Source: an uncultured Nitrososphaerota archaeon (GTDB lineage Archaea; Thermoproteota; Nitrososphaeria; Nitrososphaerales; CADDZS01). Taken from it: a stretch of DNA of 64,000 bases. Below are positions 51,961-62,434 of this stretch, in pieces. Position numbers and translations under genes: made by a program. The notes under the pieces were generated by a model that saw only the letters and a list, made by a program, of their open reading frames with translations, ran no database searches and was not told the origin of the DNA. The stretch covers positions 1,632,001-1,696,000 of the forward strand of contig CAWCYI010000004.1 of assembly GCA_963799845.1 (NCBI GenBank), read 5' to 3'. Each line of letters begins with the position of its first letter. Position 1 is the first letter of the stretch.

Positions 51961-53361
51961 TCACGTCCAACCGGCAGAAACCACGTACATCGGCGGAAAG
52001 TCTGTTTTGCTCGTACTTCCATGTTCGACGTCGGTTATCGCACTGTCCAAGATATCGATAGCTTCGTCGATTTGTTCTCTCGCAACGAAATAGTTGGGGT
52101 ACAGCTTGATGACGTTTCCCTTCAAACCGAACCACTCGAATATGAGTCCCTTCTGGACTGATCTCCAGGATATCTCCTTCACCTCTTTTCTCAATGGTTG
52201 CTTTGACTTGCTGTCCTTCACGAATTCTAGTCCAACCATGAGCCCTCTACCTCGTACATCACCTATCCACGGATGCTTATCCTTGAGCTCAAGGCATCTT
52301 CGCAGAAGGTACTCCCCGTTAACCTTGTTCTTCTCGCATAGACCCTGTTCTTCGATCACTTCTACTACTCTGAGAGCAACGGCAGCCCCGAGCGGATAGC
52401 CGTGAAGTGTGCTCGATGTCGCGCCGGGCTCAACGCTTTTCGCGATTTCTTCCTTCATGATCACAGCACTCATAGGAAGCATGCCACCTCCGAGCGTCTT
52501 TCCAAGGATAATCATGTCAGGGTCGATCCGCGGGTTGTGCTCGATCGCAAACATTTTTCCAGTTCTCCCCAGCCCGGTGAAAACCTCGTCATCGATGTAG
52601 AGAATGTCGTTATCCCTGCAAATCTCGTACACCCTCTGTATCCACTCCGGAGGAGGGATAATTATTCCAGCGGGCCCCTGGATTGGCTCCGCAATCAAAC
52701 CAGCGGTGTTCTCTGGCGGAGAGATTGTGCTGAGAATTGTATCCTGGATATAATTTGCACAAGAAGGTCCGCAAGAAGGTCCCTCATGTTTGAACGGACA
52801 CCTGTATGAATACCCGTACGGAACGTGAGTTATTCCCGGGACCAGGTGCGGGTGCTTTCTGAACATCGCCGCGTAGTGCCCTGACATAGCTAGGGCGCCC
52901 AGAGAAAAACCATGATGCCCTCCAATGAAACTGATAAACTGAGCCCTCTGCTTGAATCCTCTAGAAACTCTGAACGCGAAATCAGCGGCCTCGCTTCCGG
53001 TAGAGAGTATAGCCACCATCTTCTTTCCCGAACCGGGCGCGATCGATGTGAGTTTTTCTGCGAATTTTATTACAACCTCGTTCATGCTAGGATAGGATGC
53101 ATGGGCGAGATCTTCGACCCGTTCCTTGACGACCTTGACGAGCTCGGGATTAGCTCCTCCCAGCGACATGCTTCCCGAACCGATTGCAAAATCAAGATAC
53201 TTGTTGCCATCAACATCTTCAATTAGAGCACCGTGAACACTTTTCGTAAATATTGGATAAACCCTGTCGATCGAGGGCTGATGGAATTGCTCGATCTCGC
53301 GCTCAATGAGCTCTCTTGCACGCGGCCCGGGTGGTGAGATTATTATCTTTGACATCGTCAT
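51961..53361 (-). CDS. Class III aminotransferase
   Basis: DVDGNKYLDF, TGSEA, EPIQGPAG, DEVFTGLGRTG, LGKTLGGG. Confidence 0.92.
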   Translation of the reverse strand: MTMSKIIISPPGPRARELIEREIEQFHQPSIDRVYPIFTKSVHGALIEDVDGNKYLDFAIGSGSMSLGGANPELVKVVKERVEDLAHASYPSMNEVVIKFAEKLTSIAPGSGKKMVAILSTGSEAADFAFRVSRGFKQRAQFISFIGGHHGFSLGALAMSGHYAAMFRKHPHLVPGITHVPYGYSYRCPFKHEGPSCGPSCANYIQDTILSTISPPENTAGLIAEPIQGPAGIIIPPPEWIQRVYEICRDNDILYIDDEVFTGLGRTGKMFAIEHNPRIDPDMIILGKTLGGGMLPMSAVIMKEEIAKSVEPGATSSTLHGYPLGAAVALRVVEVIEEQGLCEKNKVNGEYLLRRCLELKDKHPWIGDVRGRGLMVGLEFVKDSKSKQPLRKEVKEISWRSVQKGLIFEWFGLKGNVIKLYPNYFVAREQIDEAIDILDSAITDVEHGSTSKTDFPPMYVVSAGWT

Positions 53362-53688
53362 GGATATTTCAGAATCATTCTGACATGATTTTCCCGATTT
53401 AAGAGTTCTGAATCGGGGCAGATGATTTCAGAATCCGAGAACTCTCAGATAAAGCAAATGGAAGTTTTCCTTAACAAAAACAAACAAAAAATAGTTTTTA
53501 CTTACCAATGCGCTGTTCGCGCAATTATCAGATCAGGACACCCGCTAAGAAGGTACTCGTTTTCTTTCATTGAATAATTCCCCGATCTAAACTTTATTAT
53601 TGAACTTCGTAGGCTTCCACAGCTAAGACATGAATCGGAACGGGAAAATTATTACTGAACTTGCAAGATAACTTCGGGAGAGGAATAC

Positions 53689-54699
53689 ATGAAAATACTT
53701 TCGCTTAGCAAGGAAGATATTGTTCCGCTCATCGAAATGAAAGAAGCTCTGGGATTTGCGGAAGAGGCTTACAGACTTCAGCGGTTGGCGAAGAAACGGA
53801 CGATAATATCAAATTTCTCCCCTCTGGTGGCGTACGAAGTAAGGACCCCTTCAGGCCCTTCTGGGTTCTTTGACTTTCGCTCTGGGTATGTTCAAGAAAT
53901 CCCGATTCTGATAAGCACACTTGGATTCGGGTATCCTGAAAATAAGGTAAGGCGCGGTCTCCCAAGTGTATTCGCTTACTCGCTGCTGTCTGACGTTGAA
54001 ACAGGAGCTCCTCTCGCCATCATGGAAGCGGATCATCTGGCAAGTATGAGAACCGGTGCTGCCGGCGCGATAGCCTCCAAATATCTCGCAAGAGAGGAGA
54101 CTCGATCAATCGCGTTCATCGGGGCCGGGCATTTGGCAAGCAACATGCTTGAGGCTCACATCAAGTTTGGATTCCCGATTGAGAGCGTAAGGGTTTGGAG
54201 TAGATCTGCCTCCAACCGAGAAGAGTTTGCAAAGAAAGCATCAGAAAACTATCGGATCCTCTCTGTCCCCTCGGAATCTCCTGCAGATGCTGTAAAAGGG
54301 GCGGACATAGTTTGTTGTTGTAGTCCCTCGCTGCAGCCGCGTGTGATGTTTGATGATCTAAAACCAGGTGCGCACATCAACGCGTTCGGCGCTGATTCGC
54401 CCGGGAAACAAGAGGTCGAAACCAAAGTACTAACGCGGAGCAAAATTGTCGTGGACAGTTTGGAGCAATGTTCAGTCGGGGGAGAAATACACAAGGCATT
54501 ACAATCAGGAGCCATAACCGCGAAAAACATCTACGCTGAAATCGGCGAAATAGTACTTGGAGAAAAACCTGGTAGAACCAGCGCAGAAGAAATGACTTTG
54601 ATGGATGCCACCGGACTCGCACTTCAGGATATCGTCATATTTTATCACGCTTACCGGACAGCCCTGGAGAAAGGAATCGGGAACTGGATTCAGCTTTGA
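53689..54699 (+). CDS. Ornithine cyclodeaminase/mu-crystallin family (archaeal AlaDH/EutC-like)
   Basis: RTGAAGAIA, FIGAGHLA, HINAFGADSPGKQE, DATGLALQD. Confidence 0.93.
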   Translation: MKILSLSKEDIVPLIEMKEALGFAEEAYRLQRLAKKRTIISNFSPLVAYEVRTPSGPSGFFDFRSGYVQEIPILISTLGFGYPENKVRRGLPSVFAYSLLSDVETGAPLAIMEADHLASMRTGAAGAIASKYLAREETRSIAFIGAGHLASNMLEAHIKFGFPIESVRVWSRSASNREEFAKKASENYRILSVPSESPADAVKGADIVCCCSPSLQPRVMFDDLKPGAHINAFGADSPGKQEVETKVLTRSKIVVDSLEQCSVGGEIHKALQSGAITAKNIYAEIGEIVLGEKPGRTSAEEMTLMDATGLALQDIVIFYHAYRTALEKGIGNWIQL

Positions 54700-54782
54700 G
54701 TCTATTGTTATAGAATCGGATTCTCAGGTCATTCATTGAGAATTTTATTAATCCTTATTGTGGAATTTGATAGATTCACGAT

Positions 54783-55964
54783 ATGGAAAAGGTAAGAGTA
54801 GGAATAGTGGGTGCGGGTTACGCTGCCAAGTTCCACCTCGAGTCTTACAAGAGAGTATTTGGGTACCCGTGGAAGTTGCCGGAATAACGTCTCCGACGAG
54901 AGCTAGGAGAGAAAAGCTGAGCTTCCGACTACGGACTGAAAGAGTTCGATTCGCTCCATGAGATGATTGACAAAGTCGACTTGGTCGACATTTGCGCACC
55001 CGGTTTCGCTCACGAGAAAGTCGCAGTCGAAGCGCTCGAAGCTGGTTGTCACGTAGTAATAGAAAAACCGTTCACAGGTTACTACGGAGATGGCTCCCTA
55101 AGCTTTCACGGGGATAAATCACCAAAGAAAATGATGCTGAAGGAAGCCATTGCCAGCGCAACAAGGATAGTGACTGCTGCCGAGATGGCAGACAGGAAGA
55201 TCATGTACGCGGAAAATTGGGTGTACTCTCCTTCGATACAGAAGGAAGCCGAGATACTGCGGGCTACTTCGGGCCAAATTCTATGGATGATTGGCGACGA
55301 GTCGCACAGCGGCTCTCATTCGGAGAGCTATGGACGGTGGTCAAAGTCCGGAGGAGGCTCACTCGTTGGAAAGGCATGCCACCCACTTAGCGCAATGCTC
55401 TACCTCAAGAGACAGGAGGGACTCTGGCGATATGGAACGCCCATCTTCGCGCAATCCGTAAGCGCGAACGTTCATGAGATCACAAGACTCCCGACATTTC
55501 GCGATGAAGGATACTTGCGAACAAATTACCAAGATGTGGAAGACTATGCGCAGCTCCACGTTACTTTTTCCGACGGGACGGTCGCGGATGTCTTCGCCTC
55601 AGAGCTGGTCCTAGGCGGAGTTAATTCCTGGATGGAGATATGCGCAAACAATCACAGAACCAGATGCGTGATTAATCCAGTTGAAGCATTGAAAACTTAC
55701 AATCCGAAAGAAGAGCTACTTCAGAACGTTTATGTTACAGAAAAAATTGGGACGAAGCAAGGCTGGAATAATCCAACGCTGGACGATAACTGGTTGAATG
55801 GATACTACCAAGAGATACAGGACTTTGTCGAGTGTGTATGTTACGATCGCGATCCCCTTTCTGATGGTGAGTTAGGAAGAGAATCTGTCAATATCATGTA
55901 CTCTGCTTACCTTTCGGCCGAATCTCAAGGTCTGAAAGTAGATCTCTCAAGATACTTTCCGTAA
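54783..55964 (+). CDS. Gfo/Idh/MocA oxidoreductase (frameshifted N-terminus)
   Basis: Manual start MEKVRVGIVGAGYAAKFH; HVVIEKP; GGGSL; VEDYA. Confidence 0.88.
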
Positions 55965-56061
55965 TCACACTACAAGACACAAAAATCTGATCATGTTAAG
56001 CTGATCACGCTATTTGCTTCATGAAAGAAGAAAAAAATACGACTCTACGTATTATTAAAAC

Positions 56062-57756
56062 ATGAATCCCGAAACTATGCTTAAATATTCCCGTATGGAA
56101 GCAGACGCGGAGTTCTACTTGAGCGCACCTCCTAAGGAAGGACAGACGACAACAAATCAACCTTCTCAGATCTTTATTCGAAACGCTACCGGATTGACTC
56201 GTCAACTTTCTGCTAAGGACGTGTTGATGTTCAATCTGCTCAACATGGGTCTAGCTTGGCCTTTACTCTACATTTTCTTCGCAGGAGCAGCCTATCAGGG
56301 TATCAACACTCCCATTACGGTCTTGATTGGACTCCCTGGCAATTTGATTATCGCTCTGCTATTCTATTATCTCACAACGGCTTTTCCTAGAACAGGTGGT
56401 GACTATGTTTGGGTCAGTAGACTTGTTCATCCCGCAATTGGTTTTATGGAAAGTTTCGCCGTGGTTGTTTTCTTCCTGGGCTTTATCGGCCCCGTATCGG
56501 GATGGTTTATGACCTATGGGCTTGCTGGGATTCTCAATAATTTAGGCGTAGCGACAAAAAATACCAGCTATCTTTCTCTCGCGACGTCTCTGGCGAGTTC
56601 AAATTCGATATTGATAGGGAGTCTAGCGGTCCTCGCTGCAATCGTATTGGCTGCGGTGTTTGGCACCAAAGCAAGTTTCAGATACCAGTGGGGCACGTTC
56701 ATCCTGATGTTTGTTGGCATTGTGACCTTCTTAGTGGTTGTTGGGACTACTTCACCAGCGACGTTTCAATCAAATCTCCAATCACTCTCTAGTACAAGTT
56801 ATGGTGCAATCATCCAGGCGGCGAGTAAGTCAAATTTCGTTACTGTTTTCACCTTCGGGGGGACAATCATAGGCTCATTCTACAGTTTTCTCAATTATCT
56901 CGGGTACTACCTTTCGGCTTACGTCGGGGGCGAAGTAAAACAGGCCAATAGGTCCCAGTTCATAGGTATAATTGGCTCGACACTTATTTTCGCTGTCATC
57001 GCGTTCTTCATGTTCTTCGTTCCGTTCCACACTATGGGCGGACAATTCATCAATTCAGCTTCACTGTTAGCGAGCAACACAAACTCAACGATATCTTCGC
57101 AATACACCCTTCCAATGGCCCCGGTAACTTCGTTTCTCGCAATCTTTGCTAGTCCCAATCCAGTAGTCGGGATTCTTATTCCACTCGCTATCATCGGATC
57201 AGTATTTGGCTCTCTAGAGACAATCGTGTTTTCGTGCGTCAGGATAATTTTTGCTTGGAGTTTCGATGGAGTCGTCCCGACAAAGTTCGCGGATGTGGAC
57301 ACCAGAAGGGGCTCACCCAATTATGCCCTCGGCCTAGTCGCCGTCGTCGGACTGGTGTATGTGTTACTTTCTGTCTACGCTGCGAATTCGCTGACCTTCC
57401 TCGCATACTCGACTTCCGGGTTGTTTCTCGCGATAGCCTTCGTCGGGGTGGCCGGTATCATGCTGCCGTGGAAGCACAAAGATTTGTTCAAACTCGCTCC
57501 GGCCAACGTCCAGCGAAGAATAGGAGGCGTTCCGGTTATCGCCCTGCTCGGACTCGGGACTATCATAGTGGGTGTTTTCGTCGCCTATACTGCGGTTAGT
57601 CCTGTCTTCACGGGCGCCGCTGTAAATCCCTACTATCTGCTGGGCTTGGCAATGGTCTTCATTGTTGGTTTGATCATATACGCGATCGCATACTACTACA
57701 ATAAGAGCAAGGGATTCAACCTAGCCCTGAGGTTCGCAGAAGTCCCGCCGGAGTAG
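56062..57756 (+). CDS. APC-family amino acid/polyamine permease
   Basis: FIRNATGLTRQLS, FPRTGGDYVWVSR, YVGGEVK, RIIFAWSFDG, ends FAEVPPE. Confidence 0.93.
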   Translation: MNPETMLKYSRMEADAEFYLSAPPKEGQTTTNQPSQIFIRNATGLTRQLSAKDVLMFNLLNMGLAWPLLYIFFAGAAYQGINTPITVLIGLPGNLIIALLFYYLTTAFPRTGGDYVWVSRLVHPAIGFMESFAVVVFFLGFIGPVSGWFMTYGLAGILNNLGVATKNTSYLSLATSLASSNSILIGSLAVLAAIVLAAVFGTKASFRYQWGTFILMFVGIVTFLVVVGTTSPATFQSNLQSLSSTSYGAIIQAASKSNFVTVFTFGGTIIGSFYSFLNYLGYYLSAYVGGEVKQANRSQFIGIIGSTLIFAVIAFFMFFVPFHTMGGQFINSASLLASNTNSTISSQYTLPMAPVTSFLAIFASPNPVVGILIPLAIIGSVFGSLETIVFSCVRIIFAWSFDGVVPTKFADVDTRRGSPNYALGLVAVVGLVYVLLSVYAANSLTFLAYSTSGLFLAIAFVGVAGIMLPWKHKDLFKLAPANVQRRIGGVPVIALLGLGTIIVGVFVAYTAVSPVFTGAAVNPYYLLGLAMVFIVGLIIYAIAYYYNKSKGFNLALRFAEVPPE

Positions 57757-57767
57757 CTTAATGTGAA

Positions 57768-59051
57768 CTATGATCCTTCCAGGATCATGCGCCGATCCCA
57801 CTCAGCCCTAACTGACTGGGGTCGATAGTTTTCCAGATTCGATGGAGGAAATTTTAGTTTCCTCCCGCTTTCTGCAGACATATAACATGCCATGATGAGC
57901 TCCAAGCAAGATATCCCATCCCTCCATGTCTCAGACGGCTGTTTTCCTTCAATGAACCTTTGCACCATATGTATATCTTCTGCCATGTACCCATAAGTAG
58001 ACGGTTCATCGGCGATTGTGGGCATCAATCCCTGTTCCGCTTCCTGTTTTTCTACTAGGAACTCGCCCGGTTGTTGTCTTGTATTTCTGCTAAAGAAAAT
58101 ATTGAGATCCGGCTGAAGAGTGTTTATGGACATGGAATTCTCAGGACCGATCAGCTCAAACAGAAGACGGAGTCCGGGCCCCGTGTAACAGTAAAGGGAA
58201 GTACTTTCAGCAATCGCGATGCTACCGTCAATAGCTTCGTAAGCGACAGTTGCCCGAGCATAATCTTCCGCGGGAGCCGTGGAATAATCGATTTCGCCAT
58301 GAGTCATTTCTTTCAGCTTCTGGATGTAACGCGGCCGTGTCCATTTCAGAGAGGCGATTTCAGCAGAGACGGAGCATAATTTCAAATCGGCTCTTTGCTC
58401 ATTTGGAGATGTCAGGAGAAACCTAGAAGATTCTAGGCAGTGGCACATCATCTCGATCAAGACGCCGCCACCTGCAAGGGACGGGTTCCAAAACCAGGGA
58501 GAATGTGGACCTCCATGCTCTTCGGATGCCCTGGCAAGATAGGGCCTGCCGGCATTTTTCGAGGCACTCCAGACAATTTCTTTACCTTTTGTGACTGACG
58601 GCGCGTACACTTGGTTTTCCAAATAGCCGTGCAAAAGCCCGGCCTTTTCTGCAAGGGATATCATTTCGTTTGCTTCGTTGATCGTGCGAGCAAGAGGTTT
58701 TTCACAAGTGATTGCCTTGAGATGAGTCCTTCCCTGAAGTTTTTCTTCGGAAATCATTTTCACAACTGGAAGCTTCGCGTAAGTCGGAACACCCACCCAT
58801 GCAACATCCACACCCGGATTCCTGACTGTCTCCTGAACATCAGTGTAAACCTTCGGAGTCCCTAGGCCCAGTGTTTGACAATATTCTGCCAGCACTCTTC
58901 CAGTTTCTTCCCTCGTACTACAGATGGCTACAATATCCGCATCCCGAACACCAGTCCATCCCCTCGCATGAAACTTGTTTGCCAGGCCCGCTCCAATCAA
59001 TGCCACGCCAAGTCTTGATTTTCCCTTGGTGCTCTCACGAGTTTTTAACAT
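57768..59051 (-). CDS. Gfo/Idh/MocA oxidoreductase
   Basis: LIGAGLANKFH, CEKPLAR, GYLENQ, EEHGGPH, GGGVL. Confidence 0.9.
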   Translation of the reverse strand: MLKTRESTKGKSRLGVALIGAGLANKFHARGWTGVRDADIVAICSTREETGRVLAEYCQTLGLGTPKVYTDVQETVRNPGVDVAWVGVPTYAKLPVVKMISEEKLQGRTHLKAITCEKPLARTINEANEMISLAEKAGLLHGYLENQVYAPSVTKGKEIVWSASKNAGRPYLARASEEHGGPHSPWFWNPSLAGGGVLIEMMCHCLESSRFLLTSPNEQRADLKLCSVSAEIASLKWTRPRYIQKLKEMTHGEIDYSTAPAEDYARATVAYEAIDGSIAIAESTSLYCYTGPGLRLLFELIGPENSMSINTLQPDLNIFFSRNTRQQPGEFLVEKQEAEQGLMPTIADEPSTYGYMAEDIHMVQRFIEGKQPSETWRDGISCLELIMACYMSAESGRKLKFPPSNLENYRPQSVRAEWDRRMILEGS

Positions 59052-59592
59052 ATTTTATTTGAAGCTCCTACTGGATTGGAATCTAAATCAATTCCTGCAC
59101 ATTCGGCGCTCAAATAGTCTACAGTGGTTCAAAGTTGAGAATTGGGCGCTCAAATCGCACTCCCTCCTTGATGAATTCCTGCGCGAGATCTTGCATCGGC
59201 TGAAAATGTTCCATTTGATTGGCTGCCCCCACTGAATCCCCAGTGACTTACGTTGACCATTGCGCAATTTTCCGCGTCAATACCAGCAAAGAAACCTCGA
59301 TGCCGGCCATCAACCTTATGCCCGGTGCCAGTTTTTCGTAAGTACCTTCCAGCGCTAATTTTACAGACACGGTTTTATTGGGATCAAATCTCCCGATTGA
59401 GATTCGAATGACATCGTCTTTCATGATCAATTTTGGTTTGTGATCCACGAAATTATTTAACACTATAATTAGCTGAGCTTAATCTCTTTCAAAAGAGATC
59501 GAAGATCAGTGCGGCTTACCGTCACAAAAGCAGAAGTACAGCTTCAAGTTCGAGCAAAATGAATTTTGATATCGATTCAGAAATTATTTCTT

Positions 59593-60132
59593 TCATCGGC
59601 TTCCCGTAGCCTTGAGCTTGAACTCGCAAAAAGGGTCGCCCTTGCACATGCACTTTTCCTCCACGCAGACAAACTCCTTGTTCAGCAAAACTTGGGATGC
59701 GCCAGCCACGATTCCTGCCATCAGATAGCATTCTGCCTTGCCGGTGTTGCCAACCGAAGAGGCGAAAAAACTATCTTCCAATCTGACGGCAGGTTCGCCC
59801 TGAAGCCCAGTCAATACCATCTTGAGAAATGGGGTGTTAAAAACTCCGTAACCATGAGTCTTTCCGAGCTCCATAAAGTTCTTGATAACTTCAAGCTTTG
59901 ACACGCCCATTTTTTTCATATTTTCTCCCATAAGCTCGCCGTAGCCCAGACCCATATCGTAGAGGATCACCGATGCCCCGCTCTGAAACGAAGAGTAGAG
60001 TTTTTTCCGGAGGCCCCTGTAGAATTCTTCGTCGATTATCATCACGCGGAGTTTCAGGAATTGATCTTCGATCCGCCCGGATTTTGAATTCTTACGAACG
60101 AAAGAAATTTTTTCATCATCCATGATTTCCAA
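59593..60132 (-). CDS. V4R domain protein
   Basis: ASVILYDMGLGYG, ECYLMAGIVAG, EEKCMCKGDPFCEF. Confidence 0.9.
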   Translation of the reverse strand: MEIMDDEKISFVRKNSKSGRIEDQFLKLRVMIIDEEFYRGLRKKLYSSFQSGASVILYDMGLGYGELMGENMKKMGVSKLEVIKNFMELGKTHGYGVFNTPFLKMVLTGLQGEPAVRLEDSFFASSVGNTGKAECYLMAGIVAGASQVLLNKEFVCVEEKCMCKGDPFCEFKLKATGSR

Positions 60133-60259
60133 ACGCGATACTACCTACCCTCCCAAAATTGATAACTCGAAACAGAAAAGTGAATATGCTGTACTGATTT
60201 TTAATAAAGTGCTTTCCGAGTCGGAATCAGTACCTGAAATCCTGAATTTTCTTTTTTCG

Positions 60260-60544
60260 CTACAAAGGGCCCGGGCGATAGGCTTGAGAGTGGGTTCCTA
60301 CAGAGAGAAAAGTTATCGACCTTTTTGACTCTCTGAATATCAGCAGAAGGTTCGTTCTGACCCTATGGCTCCAATTGCAAAAATAACTTACCCGCTCTAA
60401 ATGATGCGCGAAGGCAGATGGTTCATCCGCGACGCATATTTTCCTGATCGAATCCTCTACAAGACGTCTTTGTCCATAAGTTAGTTCTTTGTATTTTCTC
60501 ACAAATTCATCTGTGTATCTTATCAGCCTGATTCCGGCTGGCAA
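60260..60544 (-). CDS. RelE/YafQ-like type II toxin
   Basis: YTDEFVRKYKEL, HHL, WSHRV...LLIFR...ITFLSVGTHSQAY. Confidence 0.75.
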   Translation of the reverse strand: MPAGIRLIRYTDEFVRKYKELTYGQRRLVEDSIRKICVADEPSAFAHHLERVSYFCNWSHRVRTNLLLIFRESKRSITFLSVGTHSQAYRPGPL

Positions 60545-60555
60545 TCAGATCTATC

Positions 60556-60933
60556 TCATTTTGTTGTTTCGCTGGCCAACTTTCTCGGGAAATCGATCGG
60601 GTCGGTACGTTTGGGAACTGTCTTCGTCCTTCCCCTTTTCTTGGCATCTTCGAGGCCTCTGGTTATACTCTGTTCAAACTGTCTGTCGAGCATCAAGAAG
60701 ACGTTTGTTAGTATCTGGTCCTTTGGCTGACCTTCTTTCGAGGCCCTGGAAACGTAGTCGATAACCTCAAGCAACGTGGATGCAGATATCTCCTCTGGCG
60801 GCACAAGTGAACGTTTCAACGCATCCTCAACCACAATGCTGAGAGAACCTCTCCTGCTTCCGTACTTGTCTTTGACTATCTTTCTTATCTCCCTCACGAG
60901 CTCGTCGTCAAGGTGAACCAGGATCTGAGGCAT
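60556..60933 (-). CDS. RHH/CopG-type putative antitoxin
   Basis: MPQILVHLDDELVREIR...SLSIVVEDALK; lies directly upstream of the toxin. Confidence 0.7.
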   Translation of the reverse strand: MPQILVHLDDELVREIRKIVKDKYGSRRGSLSIVVEDALKRSLVPPEEISASTLLEVIDYVSRASKEGQPKDQILTNVFLMLDRQFEQSITRGLEDAKKRGRTKTVPKRTDPIDFPRKLASETTK

Positions 60934-61055
60934 ATCTTAGAATATCATTGAATATCGTGACTATTAGGTTTTCGGATTTCCGACCACGGAACATTGTTAC
61001 CTATTTTCGTACATTCTCACGAGCAATACCAATTCGAGGATGCGCGCGTATTCGC

Positions 61056-61635
61056 TCATGCGGGTCTAATTTCCATTTCGATGACGCCGCCTGAAGATGT
61101 TCTGGACTGCCTATTGGAAGTGTAGCAAGAAAATAGACCGTCAAAGTATTTGCCCATGCAGACGGTCATCTCAATTGATATTCCAGAAACGTATCTCATA
61201 ACATAACTCTTCCCCTGACTGATCTACTTTTAGATCCATTTCAAATAATCGAGCCGGGAGGGACGACCTGAATAAATTGATCAGGTTCCAGACTTGATCC
61301 AGGTCCTTGAATTTCATTTTTATGTAAGATCCAAAAAGTACTCCGCATTCAAAGAAAATCTGGAGAATAGTTTCGCTGTCCTTTGAGTAAAATGTCTTGA
61401 CCATTGAGTCTATGAGGCCCCTGTTCAAGAGAGGCATCCCATCCACCTCCTTTGACATCCTGGTTTGAAGCCAGAAAGGATAAATTTCGTCGACGCTTCC
61501 GCCATCGCGAAATATCTTCAAAACAGTATCAAGGCATTCGTTAGAGAAAGAGTACAATGTCTTATTTGCTCGCATTGCTACATCAGCGAGCTGTTCTGCG
61601 GTTCTATCGTCTACAGCAATGTTTGTCCTTGCCAA
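61056..61635 (-). CDS. RHH plus V4R/HNOB-like hypothetical protein, copy 1 (frameshift near 61200)
   Basis: MARTNIAVDD...ANKTLYSFSNECL; the C-terminus RYVSGISIEMTVCMGKY...EMEIRPA continues in another frame. Confidence 0.75.
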
Positions 61636-61803
61636 ACCAGAGGCGGTGACTCATGATCTGACTCATAAGCTTTGACCGGTGACTCAGACCTCGCCACCGC
61701 CGTGTAATTAATACAAAAATATTTTTCTTTCCAGATTACAAATTGCTTGGCCCATGCTGAGATTGAAAGAGCTCGACCTTTGTTATTGACAATAATCCCT
61801 GCT

Positions 61804-62382
61804 TTACACGGTTACAATTTCCATTTCGACAACGCCGGTCGATGACGTCCTGGATTGTATTTCAGGCGTATAACAGGAGAATACACCCTCGAGATATTTG
61901 CCCATACAAATTGTCATCTCGTTTGATATTCCTGAAACGTACCTGAAAATGTATTTCCTGCCGGATTCAACTTCAATTCGATCAATTTCAAAGACTCGAG
62001 CCGGAATGGATAACTTGAATAATTTTATCAAGTTCATGACTTCATCCAAATTCTTAGCGCGCAACTTCACGTAAGATCCCAAAAAGACTCCATACTCAAA
62101 GAATGTCTTTAGGAGAGTGTCACTATTCGATTGGTAGAATGTCTTAACGAACGAATCGAGCAACCCTCTGGGTACCCAAGGCATCCCATCCACTTCTTTC
62201 GACATCTTGGTCTGAAGCCAGAAGGGATAAATTTCATCCACACTTCCATGTTCTTGGGATATCTTCAAGGCAGCTTCGAGACACTCGTTAGAGAAAGAGT
62301 ACAGCGTCTTATTTGCTCGAGCAGCTTCATCTGACAGCATGGTTGCAATCTTATCATCCACAGCGATGTTCGTCCTTGCCAA
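61804..62382 (-). CDS. RHH plus V4R/HNOB-like hypothetical protein, copy 2
   Basis: Close tandem paralog of copy 1 (shared DEIYPFWLQT.MSKEVDGMP). Confidence 0.8.
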   Translation of the reverse strand: MARTNIAVDDKIATMLSDEAARANKTLYSFSNECLEAALKISQEHGSVDEIYPFWLQTKMSKEVDGMPWVPRGLLDSFVKTFYQSNSDTLLKTFFEYGVFLGSYVKLRAKNLDEVMNLIKLFKLSIPARVFEIDRIEVESGRKYIFRYVSGISNEMTICMGKYLEGVFSCYTPEIQSRTSSTGVVEMEIVTV

Positions 62383-62434
62383 TTCACAAGCTGTGGCACA
62401 TCGTCCAGCTCATAAGCTTTTGAGGGCGAACTAG

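Noticed and set aside
59100-59463. Short ORF 59248-59463 and neighbouring fragments
   Set aside because: No recognisable domain; possibly a pseudogene but not supportable.
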